Part shown: in pieces, positions 16,497 to 27,800 of the stretch | How the letters are laid out: the number at the start of each line of letters is the position of its first letter | How positions within the stretch are numbered: the stretch's first letter is position 1 | Virus record (IMG/VR): IMGVR_UViG_3300028829_006673 | Origin: a virus | Reading direction: 5' to 3' (one strand) | Length of the DNA: 64,000 bases | Notes under the pieces: model-generated | Database searches by the model: none | What the model saw: only the letters and a program-made list of their open reading frames with translations | What the model was told of the DNA's origin: nothing | Translations under genes and position numbers: made by a program

Positions 16497-18317
16497 ATGG
16501 CATACGTTTATAATCCGTTCACCTTTGGACTTGACTATACAGACCGTAGAATTCTTGCGCCGCTTGAAGCAAACATTGCAAATCTTGTTATCAAAACAAG
16601 TGCGAATGAAGTTCTTAGTAAATCAAATCAAACGAAAGTCAATAAACTACGAAACGCAAATACAGTCATATGGCCTAAAGTTTTTGTAGACCATGAAACT
16701 CGAATTGCTACTCTTGAAAATACAGACTTCGCAGACCATGATCCAAGAATCACTGCTCTTGAAACAAGTAACACTACACTATGGGAAGAAGTATTTGATT
16801 ACCAAAAGCCAATGTTTGGTATCTATGGTAATAAAATCGAATACGTTGAAGACAAAACAACAGAGATTTCTCGAGCAGGCTTTCGAGGTCAAATCAATGT
16901 TCTTCAAAGAGATTCAAGTTACGCAACAAGACCTGAATGGATTATCTTCGAAGGTTACTTCACCGCAAATACAAACAATGAAGTAGCAATTATCACAACA
17001 AATTTATCTGTTACTCTTGAAGATGTTTTTGACACTTGGTCAAGATTTGCCTTTGGTGATGATGGTGCTTTCCCTTACACTGCGGATAACAGTCTCACAG
17101 CATTTCAATTTAATCCATCACCAGCAAATACAATTTCTTGTTTGATCAATACTACTCATGATGTAGGATTTATCAGCCCTGAAGCAACAGATGATTATCT
17201 TCTCGAAGTTCGTGTAGAAGTGAATGGTAATGATGAGCAAGAATGGTGGAATATTCAATACGGTAGACCGCCTGGAGACACCTCGAGTGAATTCTATGAC
17301 AATGATCGAATGGGAATTGTTCTTGCTTATGCAATTGATCCTGTTGATCCATCTATTCATCGTGTAATGAGTGTAATTCGCAATCAAGATGATTCACATT
17401 TTACTTGGTTTGTTGTTATTCATGAAATTACATCAGTGGTAACTACAGTTGTAGGAACAGAACCTGGTTATAAAAGAGATAACTGGAGTAATAAAGCATT
17501 GTTTACAGTAAGTAATCCGGCAAGACAAACTGTAGGTAATTTGACAATCAATGGCTCACATTTAGTTGAGAGAGATCCTGCGGATGTTTGGGCAGGCGCC
17601 TTAAGCAGAGCAAGTTCTGGTGGAACATCAATCAAAGTTCGTCGACAAGGAGATAACTTTAAAATTTGGACTTCACCTTATAACAATTTCACAATTGATA
17701 ACAACACATTGATTGAATTTGATTTAAACATGGCTTCATACGGACTCATTGGAGATGCTGCTCAATTAGCTTTGCCTGTGTTTGACCATATTGCTCAAGA
17801 AGGTGACATCTATGGTCTTAATCCTACTGACTCTTGGGAAGCCCGCACAACTGATGTTTCAAAGGTTCAACCTTCAAATCGTATCGGCACACTTGATATG
17901 AGTATTCTTGAACACTTCAAAGGTCCAAAACCATACGGCTTCACCTGTTCTTCACAAACAGGAACTACATTTGATGTTGTACAAAATGAAAACTATTCAG
18001 CAACAAGAGCAGAGAATTTTGTCTTTGACCTAACAGAAGATAAAGTTTGGGTGCCTGATATGTCAACAGGAACTTACAAACAAGCAACAACATCAAATCT
18101 TGAATCTGAATTAGGACGAGGAAGAATCATTCGTGATAAAACATCAAATGATGTATTTTATTTCAATAAAGATTCTCAAATTGTTCCTTTGTTCCGACAA
18201 GGTACAATTGACCATCTAACAGTTCAAATGGAAACATTGATGACATTGATGGCAAACACCGCAAATCAAGTTGCGAATCTCTATGCAAATATTATTCATG
18301 GAACACAATTACAATAA
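16497..18317 (+). CDS. Fibre/appendage protein with coiled-coil and lectin-like domain
   Basis: N-terminal YNPFTFGLD; heptad repeats HETRIATLE/HDPRITALE; DNDRMGIVLAY resembles the DDDYxGFVFGY motif of thrombospondin C-terminal/ConA-like domains; C-terminal coiled coil. Confidence 0.5.
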   Translation: MAYVYNPFTFGLDYTDRRILAPLEANIANLVIKTSANEVLSKSNQTKVNKLRNANTVIWPKVFVDHETRIATLENTDFADHDPRITALETSNTTLWEEVFDYQKPMFGIYGNKIEYVEDKTTEISRAGFRGQINVLQRDSSYATRPEWIIFEGYFTANTNNEVAIITTNLSVTLEDVFDTWSRFAFGDDGAFPYTADNSLTAFQFNPSPANTISCLINTTHDVGFISPEATDDYLLEVRVEVNGNDEQEWWNIQYGRPPGDTSSEFYDNDRMGIVLAYAIDPVDPSIHRVMSVIRNQDDSHFTWFVVIHEITSVVTTVVGTEPGYKRDNWSNKALFTVSNPARQTVGNLTINGSHLVERDPADVWAGALSRASSGGTSIKVRRQGDNFKIWTSPYNNFTIDNNTLIEFDLNMASYGLIGDAAQLALPVFDHIAQEGDIYGLNPTDSWEARTTDVSKVQPSNRIGTLDMSILEHFKGPKPYGFTCSSQTGTTFDVVQNENYSATRAENFVFDLTEDKVWVPDMSTGTYKQATTSNLESELGRGRIIRDKTSNDVFYFNKDSQIVPLFRQGTIDHLTVQMETLMTLMANTANQVANLYANIIHGTQLQ

Positions 18318-18319
18318 TC

Positions 18320-19117
18320 ATGAAAAAAATACTTTCTCATAATTCAGAAAATCATCATTTTAATATTGAACATCTTTGTTCTACAGATGTTGCTGACTTT
18401 GAACAAGAGGGTAAACAGGACGGTGATATTCTGGTTTGGAATTCAGTTGAAAAACGATGGAATTTATATCATGGACTTTTCACCAGACTCAAAGCAGCCA
18501 CTCTTTTATGGTGTGACACCTTTGATGCGAATGGTATGCAATTGATCAATTATGGTGGTGCTGAAAGAGAAATGCATGTTGAGTTCTTCAACGGTAAAGC
18601 TTACGCTGAAATCTTTGTTTCAAAAGCAAACAATGTGAATGAACCTTGGGACAATTGGATCAACGCAACTACAAACAAAATTGAAAGTTATAATCTAGCA
18701 CCACATAATGGTTTGGACTATGAAACCGCAGAAAGTTCTGTTTGTATTGCGCCTGAAGTTATAACATCTCTTCTCATCACAGCAAAAACATCCTACACTG
18801 GTGAAATCAATCCGAATGCGATTGCGACCACCAATCATCTTTCAACTGCTAATCGTGCACAATTTTTAGATTACTTCACTGGACAAATTCCTGGGTTTGA
18901 ACAACTTGACACCTTTGACCTTTATGACACACATCTAGGATATCGTGCGGGTTCCATTGAAACTGATGAATGGTTGATCAAAGATTCGGTTGAAGGTTCA
19001 AAGATTGGAGCACCTCGCTGGGGTTATCGTTCAAGTGGTACTGAAAAAGGAGCGAGAGCCGCCAACACGAACATCTCTGAGAATAATGTTCTCTCAATCT
19101 GGGTCACGAATTATTAG
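18320..19117 (+). CDS. Hypothetical virion protein
   Basis: 265-aa ORF with DGDILVWNSVEKRW, a fibre-type repeat motif. Confidence 0.55.
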   Translation: MKKILSHNSENHHFNIEHLCSTDVADFEQEGKQDGDILVWNSVEKRWNLYHGLFTRLKAATLLWCDTFDANGMQLINYGGAEREMHVEFFNGKAYAEIFVSKANNVNEPWDNWINATTNKIESYNLAPHNGLDYETAESSVCIAPEVITSLLITAKTSYTGEINPNAIATTNHLSTANRAQFLDYFTGQIPGFEQLDTFDLYDTHLGYRAGSIETDEWLIKDSVEGSKIGAPRWGYRSSGTEKGARAANTNISENNVLSIWVTNY

Positions 19118-20132
19118 AGAGATTGTATTCAACCAAGAATTGACGAAGAATCATTTTATCCAACAACTCCTGCCCCTTTCTCCAATAGCTGAACAGCAAC
19201 ACACGATCCTTCACATGCTCTTGAACCGTCAGAGCAATCTCCTTGTCAGTCTCGTTGTTTGAGCGAATGCTCTCGAAAAGCACTCTCAGGCGCTTGGATT
19301 CGCTCACCAGTCGCTTTTCGATGGCTGCCCTATGCTCTCGCACCTGTAAAGCAAATTCTTCAGGAATATCGTTAAACCACGAATCAATGTCATCTTCAAT
19401 CATTGACTGAAGAGTCATGCGATAGAAGTCCTGATTCGCAACCAATCGATGAAGAGAGAGATACCACTCTGATTTGACTTTTGCGGTCTCTTGATTTGAA
19501 AACTGCACAACAACTCCTTCTGAGTGTTCGGGAAAATCTTGAGCATCCTCTCTCTTTTCCACAACAGTCACAAATTTTGAGAATTCATTTCGATCGGTTT
19601 CATAGTCAATCAAACCAGTATGATTGTCAACAGTGCCAATATAGATCAGTTCTCGACGCTGACCATAGTTGACAACAATTTGATTATGAGGATAGATGAC
19701 TTCGAAGATGGGTGTGAAACTATTTTCAAGCAAATCTTGTATCATGTTCGTGAAGAACTCATCATGCTCATGAAGCATTTCTGTGGCAACAAAGGCTTGG
19801 TTTGAAACAAATGAACCTTTTGTGGCGCAATAAACCTCTCTTTCAAACAGATAGGGAATGACAAGAGAGCCGTCCACTTTTTCATAGAAGCCAACTCCTT
19901 CCGACAATGGTGGATGAATTTGACTTGAATAGTTCATGAACTTCTTGGGACTTCTCGCAATCACATGTCCTTTGCGAGTGATCAATCCACGACAATTCAA
20001 AGTGACTTCATCCCAAACATTTTTGAATTGACACTTCTTTGTATATTGATATATTTTATAATCTGAATTCGAAGGATGCTCATTACAATAAACGAGACCC
20101 TTGTCTATGTAACTTTGAATTTGTTCAAGCAT
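19104..20132 (-). CDS. rnlA: RNA ligase 1 (T4 Rnl1/gp63 family)
   Basis: CRGLI, VIARSPKKFMN, motif I YEKVDGSL, IFEVIYPHNQIVVNY, EGVVV, motif V KVKSEWYLSLH (T4 has KIKSDWYVSLH); SD CAGGAG. Confidence 0.92.
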   Translation of the reverse strand: MLEQIQSYIDKGLVYCNEHPSNSDYKIYQYTKKCQFKNVWDEVTLNCRGLITRKGHVIARSPKKFMNYSSQIHPPLSEGVGFYEKVDGSLVIPYLFEREVYCATKGSFVSNQAFVATEMLHEHDEFFTNMIQDLLENSFTPIFEVIYPHNQIVVNYGQRRELIYIGTVDNHTGLIDYETDRNEFSKFVTVVEKREDAQDFPEHSEGVVVQFSNQETAKVKSEWYLSLHRLVANQDFYRMTLQSMIEDDIDSWFNDIPEEFALQVREHRAAIEKRLVSESKRLRVLFESIRSNNETDKEIALTVQEHVKDRVLLFSYWRKGQELLDKMILRQFLVEYNLSNNS

Positions 20133-20143
20133 TTTATCTCCTG

Positions 20144-20151
20144 TATAAATA
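20144..20151 (+). promoter_or_regulatory. Late promoter TATAAATA
   Basis: Exact consensus 42 nt upstream of ORF 20194; overlaps the rnlA leader on the other strand. Confidence 0.55.
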
Positions 20152-20152
20152 G

Positions 20153-20180
20153 ATCATACACGATTTCCCCAAAATGTCAA
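20153..20180 (-). promoter_or_regulatory. Host sigma70-type (early) promoter for the RNA ligase
   Basis: On the minus strand TTGACA-16 nt-TATGAT lies just upstream of the rnlA SD. Confidence 0.7.
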
Positions 20181-20193
20181 GCGAAAAACGAAT

Positions 20194-20379
20194 ATGAAAT
20201 ACTTTGAAACCTCAATGCAATTAGCAAAAAGTTTGATTCACAACATGCCAAAGGATCAGTTTGAAACTGAATTTGATGGCGATCCTGTTGAAGTTCTTCA
20301 GTATTGTGTCTTTGGAGTTGAGCCTAAAACAGAAGACACTCCAAAGTTAGAGTATAAAGATATAAAATATATTGAGTGA
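20194..20379 (+). CDS. Hypothetical protein (61 aa)
   Basis: Fills the gap between the RNA ligase promoter and a convergent ORF; preceded by TATAAATA; SD weak. Confidence 0.5.
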   Translation: MKYFETSMQLAKSLIHNMPKDQFETEFDGDPVEVLQYCVFGVEPKTEDTPKLEYKDIKYIE

Positions 20380-20784
20380 TTATTCTCGGTGTTCGTGAAA
20401 CCAACCGAGTGCGGCAAAGTCGGCTCTGATTTCATTCGAAACATAACCTTCTGAGATTGGTGTGGGAACACCATCAACTAGAACTGTTTCTTCTCCGATA
20501 TAACAATAGAAGTTCATATAGTCTTCTCCCTTTCCTCGTAAGTCAGCTACAACTCCACCAGCTTCACGAAAAGAAAAGGTCACTTCTTTTCCATCCTTTT
20601 TCCAAACATTATTACATAATGCCAAATAAAAATAATCGGCATATTTTTGCTCCTCAAGTTTGTTTGAAATCTTGACTGAATTGTACATATCAACCATAAA
20701 GTTTCTTTTAGCACCTGCTCTCAAAGAACCTTCATAGTCTGAAACATCCATTCCTGAACCCATGGGTCCACCGTTTGACGACAT
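20380..20784 (-). CDS. Conserved phage hypothetical with N-terminal peptide matching the mature gp23 N-terminus
   Basis: SD AGGAG, 8 nt downstream of gp13. Core motif FYLALCNN.W...SFREAGGVVADLRG.GEDYMNFYC...EG.V..EI.ADF..LGW. N-terminus NGGPMGSGMDVSDY. Confidence 0.8.
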   Translation of the reverse strand: MSSNGGPMGSGMDVSDYEGSLRAGAKRNFMVDMYNSVKISNKLEEQKYADYFYLALCNNVWKKDGKEVTFSFREAGGVVADLRGKGEDYMNFYCYIGEETVLVDGVPTPISEGYVSNEIRADFAALGWFHEHRE

Positions 20785-20792
20785 AATATCTC

Positions 20793-21728
20793 CTAACCTA
20801 TGACGAACGATAGCGGCTCGTAATAAAAATTTTGAAGTTCTTCTCTCATTTTATCCATCTCAGCTTGTGCTTCTTGTTTCATGACATCACCATTGAGTTG
20901 AACACCACCAGGAAGCGCAAGTGTCCCAAATTTTGAAATATTTTGTCCAAACTGATATTTGACCTTCTGGAGAAAAAATTCCTTCAACCAGCGATCCGAG
21001 TAAATTCCCTTAGCCTCCTCCGGGTCAAGTAATTTGTGGCACTCTAAGATCACAAAGTCACCTTCTCTCATATCAGGACGACCAGTTGTATTTCCTGTAA
21101 GTTCTGATTCGAATTGAATGTTGAAATTCTCTTGGTCAGTTGGATTATCATTTTCATTCAACACTTCACCATCTGGTGTTTCTGTGAGAATGTTTGATTC
21201 TGTATATTCTTTCGGACCCCAATTACAATCTATAAATAGTTTATTACTATAACGTTTATATCTTATATCATGTTTTGTATTTAAAAGCAAGTCAATTGTA
21301 GTAGCATATTGGCGAAACATTACATAGCTGGTCAAATCAATCGGCGCAAATCCCCCGTTGCCGAAGCCACCAGAACTCATCATTTGATAAAAGATATCAA
21401 ATGGTAATTGAGAAAATGAATCATCCAAGCGGCCCATGAACAAATAAGATGCTGGTATTAGTTTTGTAATTCCAATAATGCGACTACCATCAATTGGTAT
21501 CCATTGATTATAAATATCCTCTGCAGTAATTTGATAACGCAGGTAGGTTCTCTCATTTGCTTCTAAATTAAATTCTTGAAAAAGTTCAAGTGAGTCATCA
21601 AGACGGTCTTCTAGTTGTTCCTCAGTCACATTGATTTGAACAACAGGTGAACCAAGTGCTCGAAGAGCCCAGTGTATTAAATCTTCTCTAGATTGAATCA
21701 TGAGGTTTCTTATTCTAAATGTTTGCAA
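20793..21728 (-). CDS. gp13: Neck protein (head-tail adaptor)
   Basis: SREDLIHWALRALGSPVVQINVTEEQLEDRLDDSL and WLKEF...KYQFGQNISKF...LPGGVQLNG motifs; ATG at 21700 may be the true start. Confidence 0.9.
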   Translation of the reverse strand: MQTFRIRNLMIQSREDLIHWALRALGSPVVQINVTEEQLEDRLDDSLELFQEFNLEANERTYLRYQITAEDIYNQWIPIDGSRIIGITKLIPASYLFMGRLDDSFSQLPFDIFYQMMSSGGFGNGGFAPIDLTSYVMFRQYATTIDLLLNTKHDIRYKRYSNKLFIDCNWGPKEYTESNILTETPDGEVLNENDNPTDQENFNIQFESELTGNTTGRPDMREGDFVILECHKLLDPEEAKGIYSDRWLKEFFLQKVKYQFGQNISKFGTLALPGGVQLNGDVMKQEAQAEMDKMREELQNFYYEPLSFVIG

Positions 21729-21742
21729 TCATTTGTTTTCTA

Positions 21743-21770
21743 TATTTATACTAAATTTGTTTCATAAATA
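21743..21770. promoter_or_regulatory. Back-to-back late promoters (TATAAATA on - at 21743-21750; CATAAATA on + at 21763-21770)
   Basis: Both boxes lie in the 90-nt divergent gap between gp13 and the VrlC-like gene. Confidence 0.75.
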
Positions 21771-21818
21771 ATAAGAACCCCCAAGTATAATTGTATATTC
21801 TGAAAAAGGAAATTCTAA

Positions 21819-24800
21819 ATGGCAGCACCTAAAACTTTAATTCCTAAGATTCAAAATAGTCCTTATTTTATCAAAAATAATGGTCGCCAATTTTCTCAAA
21901 TTCTTTTCAAACCTGGTTTTCCTCTACAATCTGCAGAACTCATCACACTTCAAAATATTGTAAATGAGCAGATTCGTAAATTTGGTAATCATATTTTTAA
22001 AGAAGAAGGTTCAATTGTAAGTTCTGATGTGGGTCTTTCTTTTAATGAAAACGCACCTAACTGTATGCTCTATTCTTTAACAAAAAAAGCAGTAGGTATT
22101 GATGCTGGGAATACACTTACATTCAAAGATAGTGCTACAAATATAGAATTATTCAGGGGAGAAACGATCGGTGTAAAGGATGCCTTTATTGAAGATGGTC
22201 AGGTGTATCCTGATATGATTGGTATGAAAAAAACAGAACAATTTCAATACCCATTTGCGGGAACAGTTGTAGATGTTTTTCGTGATGATTTTGGAGTTGA
22301 AACTAAAGTAGCTACTCTTTCTTCAAATGAAGGTTTTTTAGGTAGATATTGTTCAATCGGTGACACAATTTTTTATATGACTGGTTACTTTGTTCAGATA
22401 CAACCAGAAAACTTCATCTACTGGGTAGATGAAAGTAAAAAACTTGATGTTGAGGTAGGTGTTGAATTGATGTGGGAAATCGTTGACATCTCTCATGAGA
22501 TTTATGGAGAATCATTATTTGATCCAGCTGAGAATGCCTATAATGAAAACTCACCAGGAGCAGATCGTTTACTGCTCACACTCAAATTAACAAAACATGA
22601 CCTTGGTTATGTTCAGGAAGAAACTGATTGGAAATTTTTACCTTTATTAAAGTTTGAAAACAATCGTCTAATCTATCGTTTAAAATATCCAACATATAGT
22701 GTTCTAGGTGAAACACTTGCACGACGAACATATGAAATCAACGGTAATTTTGTTGTTGATGATTTTAAGTTAAACATTTCTTCTGATGCTATTTTACCAG
22801 GAGAACATACAGTATCAAATTATACTGTACAAAATTCAGAAGAAACATACTGGAAAATAGCAGGTTTGAATACAGAGTATTTAAAACTTACAGAAGGTAA
22901 TTATCTAATGTTTGGTGAGGATGATGAGAACTATCATCGATTACTTAAGATTGTCGATATCACCGATGACTTTAATATGACTGTGAGTGATATTCATTAT
23001 GATGATTTTTATGAAACAAATGCAGAAAAATTTAACATCGCAAATTACGGAAGTGGTGGAAAAACACTTGTTCTTCGTGATGAATCAAAGCTAAATTATA
23101 TTCTATATGAAGGTCTAGCTTATGTTCAGGGTTATCGTTTTGAAAAGGAATTTATCACACAATTAATTGATGATAAAGCAAGAAACACTGAAAGCAAAAG
23201 TCTCACCACAAAACCAAATGAACACTACTTTGAACTCGAGTATGATCGAAATAATTTCATACCAAATAATTATATTCATACAGAACATCATTTACTTTTC
23301 AATCAACTCGAAAAAGTAGATTTACATTGTACAAAAAACAAAGAGTTCTTTACTTTAGATATACAACAAGCAGTAGGATTCAATCCCTTATGGTCTCCTC
23401 AAAGCCCAGGAGATACTCTTCAAATTGATGGTGCTTTATTTTTAAACATTGATGGAAGTACACGTTATCAAATTTTAAAATATACAAAGAATCAAGCTGA
23501 TGGTCTTCCTCAAGACAATTCAGATCATAATATGTTGCTCAATGGTTCAGCAACGCCTTTGCTTTATAATCTAAACAAAATTGAAAGATACGTTGAAACA
23601 CCTTATCAAAATCATTCACCCTCAAATTATATTGCGCTATCTTCCAGTGTAAATAGAGCAGCAATTACAGATGCTCCAAATAACATTGTTACATTTACTC
23701 AGATGGGTGGTGGTGATTATAACACATTAGGTTATAAGGAAAATGATTTAATTGTTGTTGAAGATGCTTTAGGCTCTTATGTTTATGGTATCATTGATGA
23801 TATACCAACAGGTAATCCTACAACAATGACAGTGAAAACATATATCTCGAATATTACAGATGGAGCTGACTATAACTTAATTCGCCCTGCGGAAAGTGTT
23901 TATTACAATCGTCAATATAAGTCAACAAAAATCGGAGAAATACGAGCAACTTCTGTAAGCTCATCACATCCCGAAAGATTTCATTACTCACATTACAATT
24001 TGAATTCAAATGTTAAAACAATACCAGTTTTTTCAGTTGACTTAACAAACGATTCTTTTTCATCACTTAGTTTAGACGTAAGTTTTGCTGATGAAGTTTA
24101 TACAGGTATGAAAATTTATGATGGTGTTCAAGAATTTGTAATTGAAAGTTATGATGGTAAAACACAAACTTTCAAATTATCAGGTGTCACTCCTGATAAT
24201 CCAATCACATTTTCACAATCAAATCAGTTATACATTATAGCAGACTTTAATAATGTTCATTCGATTGTCAAGTCATCATATTTGAATGGTAAAGAATTCA
24301 AAGGAAATATTCGTAGAACTTCAATTGATACACCAATCGCAAGAACACCTGATGGAACTCAACAGAAGTTTAAAAAATTGATTGATTCTTTAGAGGGAGA
24401 AGTTAAGAGTGTTACTGTTGATGACTATAGTATTTTCTTTCAGAAGGTGCTGAACACAACAGGAGCAAATCAACAAGATTTCAATTTCAATATTTCTGGT
24501 GGAAACTTCCAATCAACATATTCGATTGGAACTGATAAGACAAGAGTATATGCCGGAAATGATATACTTGATCCAAATAATACTTCAACTATTTTATATC
24601 ATCAAGGTGAAAATATACCACTCATTAGTGCAGATATAGTGAGTAATGACTTTAACATCAAGCTCGCAAAAGGAATTAATACAGGAGATAAAATCATTGT
24701 TCATGCTGAAATACCAATTGATATAAACACATCTCCTTTGCGAACTAAAAATCTAAAAATGACAGATACATCCACCAATGTAGATGCCTTTAATGCTAAG

Positions 24801-27800
24801 GTTTTAACAAATGGGACATATATTGGTGTTGGAAATGATCTGACTACTCCTGACGGAAGAATTCATGCAAATGGTTCTTTTGAGCTAAAGTATAGTGATG
24901 TTTATCGTATCAAAAAAGTTGAAATAGCACCTGGTAAAACAGTGAGTAATGCGACAAATGCTCACTACATTGATATGACATCTTACTTTACTTTGGATAC
25001 AGGACAGAGAGATACTTTTTATGACCATGGAAGAATTGTTCTCAAACCATATTTACAACTTCCACCAATTGCATCTGCTACACCAAATTATGCTATTCGT
25101 GTAATTTATGAATATTTTGAACCTGGTGCTGGGCATTATTTCACTGTCAACAGTTATACAGACATTCACTATCGTTTTATTCCTACTTATGTAGATCCAA
25201 AAAATCAAAAGTTTCCCTTGAGAAATGTTCTTGATTTTCGGCCTGTTCGTCAACCGATCGGACATCCGTCAAACTTAGAATATGACCAAGAACAAAATAT
25301 CATTTCCGATATTGATGTAGACTTTGAATATTATAAAAACGAAAATAAAATTATTTCAATTGATGGTAATGGTTCTTCTGAACTTGAAATGAATTATAAG
25401 AATGTAATTGATTATAAAGAAACAGAATATAATATCAAATTATATGATGTGAAAATTCCAGCTTATACATTTGATTTCAAAGATGTCGAATACAAAATGA
25501 TTGATAATAAAAATTATACAATGAAAGACATCTCAAAGCTTCAAAAAAGAATTGAAAACTTAGAAGATATTGCTCAGTTAAATTCATTAGAACTTCAAGC
25601 AATTCAAACAAAACTTGTAAATTCGGATGGTGATCCAAGATATAAGAATGGTCTTCTTGTTGATATGTTTGCTGGATATACAGTAGCAGATGTAAGCGAA
25701 GATGGCTTCTCCGCCTCAATTGATCTGAATACAATGAAAATGTATCCTGCTTTTAAATCAGAAAATGCTTTTCTTCATGTTCCGACAAGACTATCAGCAA
25801 ATTTCCCAGCAATCAAAAAGAACATTGCCTATCTTCCAATTCAGAGTCACTTAGTAGTAGGTAATAATTGGGACGCTTCAATGGGTGTGATTTCTGCCCA
25901 ACTTTCTCATATAAATGGTAAATTTACATTGTATCCTTTCAGTGATATATGGTATAGTCAAGAGAAAGGAGCATTACCTTTAAGAAACGAAGATAATCAG
26001 TATAAAAATTGGAATGAATTATTAGCTTTTGCTCACGGTACTCAATGGAATGATTGGGAACAATTCATTTATGGAGTTGAAACTGATGAAAAAGATATAC
26101 CTTTACAGAATGCTACATTGTCTCAGAAGACTGGTAGCATGGTCAACAATAAAAATAATATTGAAAAGATTGTAGGTAATCGTAAAATCAATAAAACATT
26201 AAATTATTTTGTTCGTGAAAAAAGAGTTGGGTTTGTTTTTGAAAATATACAACCCTCTGGAGCAAATGATGTTTATGAAATCCGCATCAATGGAAAACGA
26301 CCTACTACTCTAGAAGGTAATCGTATTGAATTTGAACATACTGGAAATATATCAGTTGATTATTTCAAATCAATCTATCAGGGTTATGAAATTTCTTCAA
26401 ATGTGGTGGGTGGAACAGCAAGAGGAACGATTCGTCATATTGAACATGTCAATGGAAAAATATTTTATCTATATGTGACAAATATGAGTCCTTATTTGTT
26501 TGATGCTTCAAAACTTATAAATGAATTAAATGGAACTGTAAAAAGCGTTCATACTTATACACCTTTGTTTAAGCCAGATGCTGAGAAAAATATTCTTTGT
26601 GGTGATTTCACAATTGAAGGAAATTCAATTCCTTACGATACTGTATTTGATGTACAGTTACATAACATCACACAAAATCGTATTGAAGGTTCATCAAAAT
26701 TTTATGCAAAAGGATTGATTGAAACAAAATCAAGTCATTGTCATTCAATTCGTCCTGTAACAAAAAAGATGTATTTGGATCAAGATACAGATACACCTTA
26801 CATTGAAGATCGAACTTATGTAACAAATGCTACTACAAGAATACCTTCACCTCTTCATCAACCATTTGTACTTCCTCGTTCACAGTTTATTTCAAAAATT
26901 GATATAGAGGTAGACCAATCAACAGTTAATACAGAGTCTTCTTTTGTCGTAGCAATTCAACCTTTGGTCAATTCAAATCTTTCACCCTCACTTGTCTTAC
27001 CCTTTAGTGAGCAAGTTGTTCGAGTTCCTGCTAATTATGCAGGAACGATTACAGTGAATTTTGACGTTCCTATTTTCATCACAGCAGATAAAGATTATGC
27101 CTTTACTCTCCGAGGAACACGCCATGATAATCATACTTCGATAAGATTGAGTTCACAACCAACAGATAGTGTATTTTTTGAAAATTGTTTCGCTGCCGGT
27201 GACCTAACACAAGCAATTAAAAAAATTGGTTATTTAGTTAAGATGAAAATATATGCTGCTCAGTTTGATACTACTTCAACAAAAGAGATGATGCTCAAGA
27301 TTTATGATCCAAGTTTTGCTATGTTTGCTGACCGCAGTTGTTTGAATATGAATACTTTGTTTTTAAATGGAACAGATATCAAGTATTTCTGGAAAGCAAG
27401 AAATTGGGATTCTCCAATGAAAGATGTTTATTATATTCAGACACCAGCAAATAAAACAGAAATACATGAAAAAAGAAAAGCAATTACATTAAGTGATTAT
27501 GAACTAAAGGTTCAAATGAAATCTTCTGATCCATATATTACACCTATGATTGACCTTGAAAGAGCCTCACTCACAGCCATTCAGCATGGCATTAACAATG
27601 GTGCGCTTACGGCGGATAAAATTTCAGGAAATGGAACAAGAACCGGTGGATTCACAGATCCTTTAAGAATTACACTTACTGAAATCGATCCAGCAAATGT
27701 ATATACACCTATTTCAAGTTTTGAGTTTGACTTAGTGGGAAATGTTTCAAATTTTTATTCTGATCCTAACATGCTTGTTTATAATAATCGTGTGAACATA

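Noticed and set aside
18990-19805. Plus-strand ORFs overlapping the RNA ligase (18990, 19481, 19620)
   Set aside because: Antisense to a well-conserved gene; no RBS or motifs.
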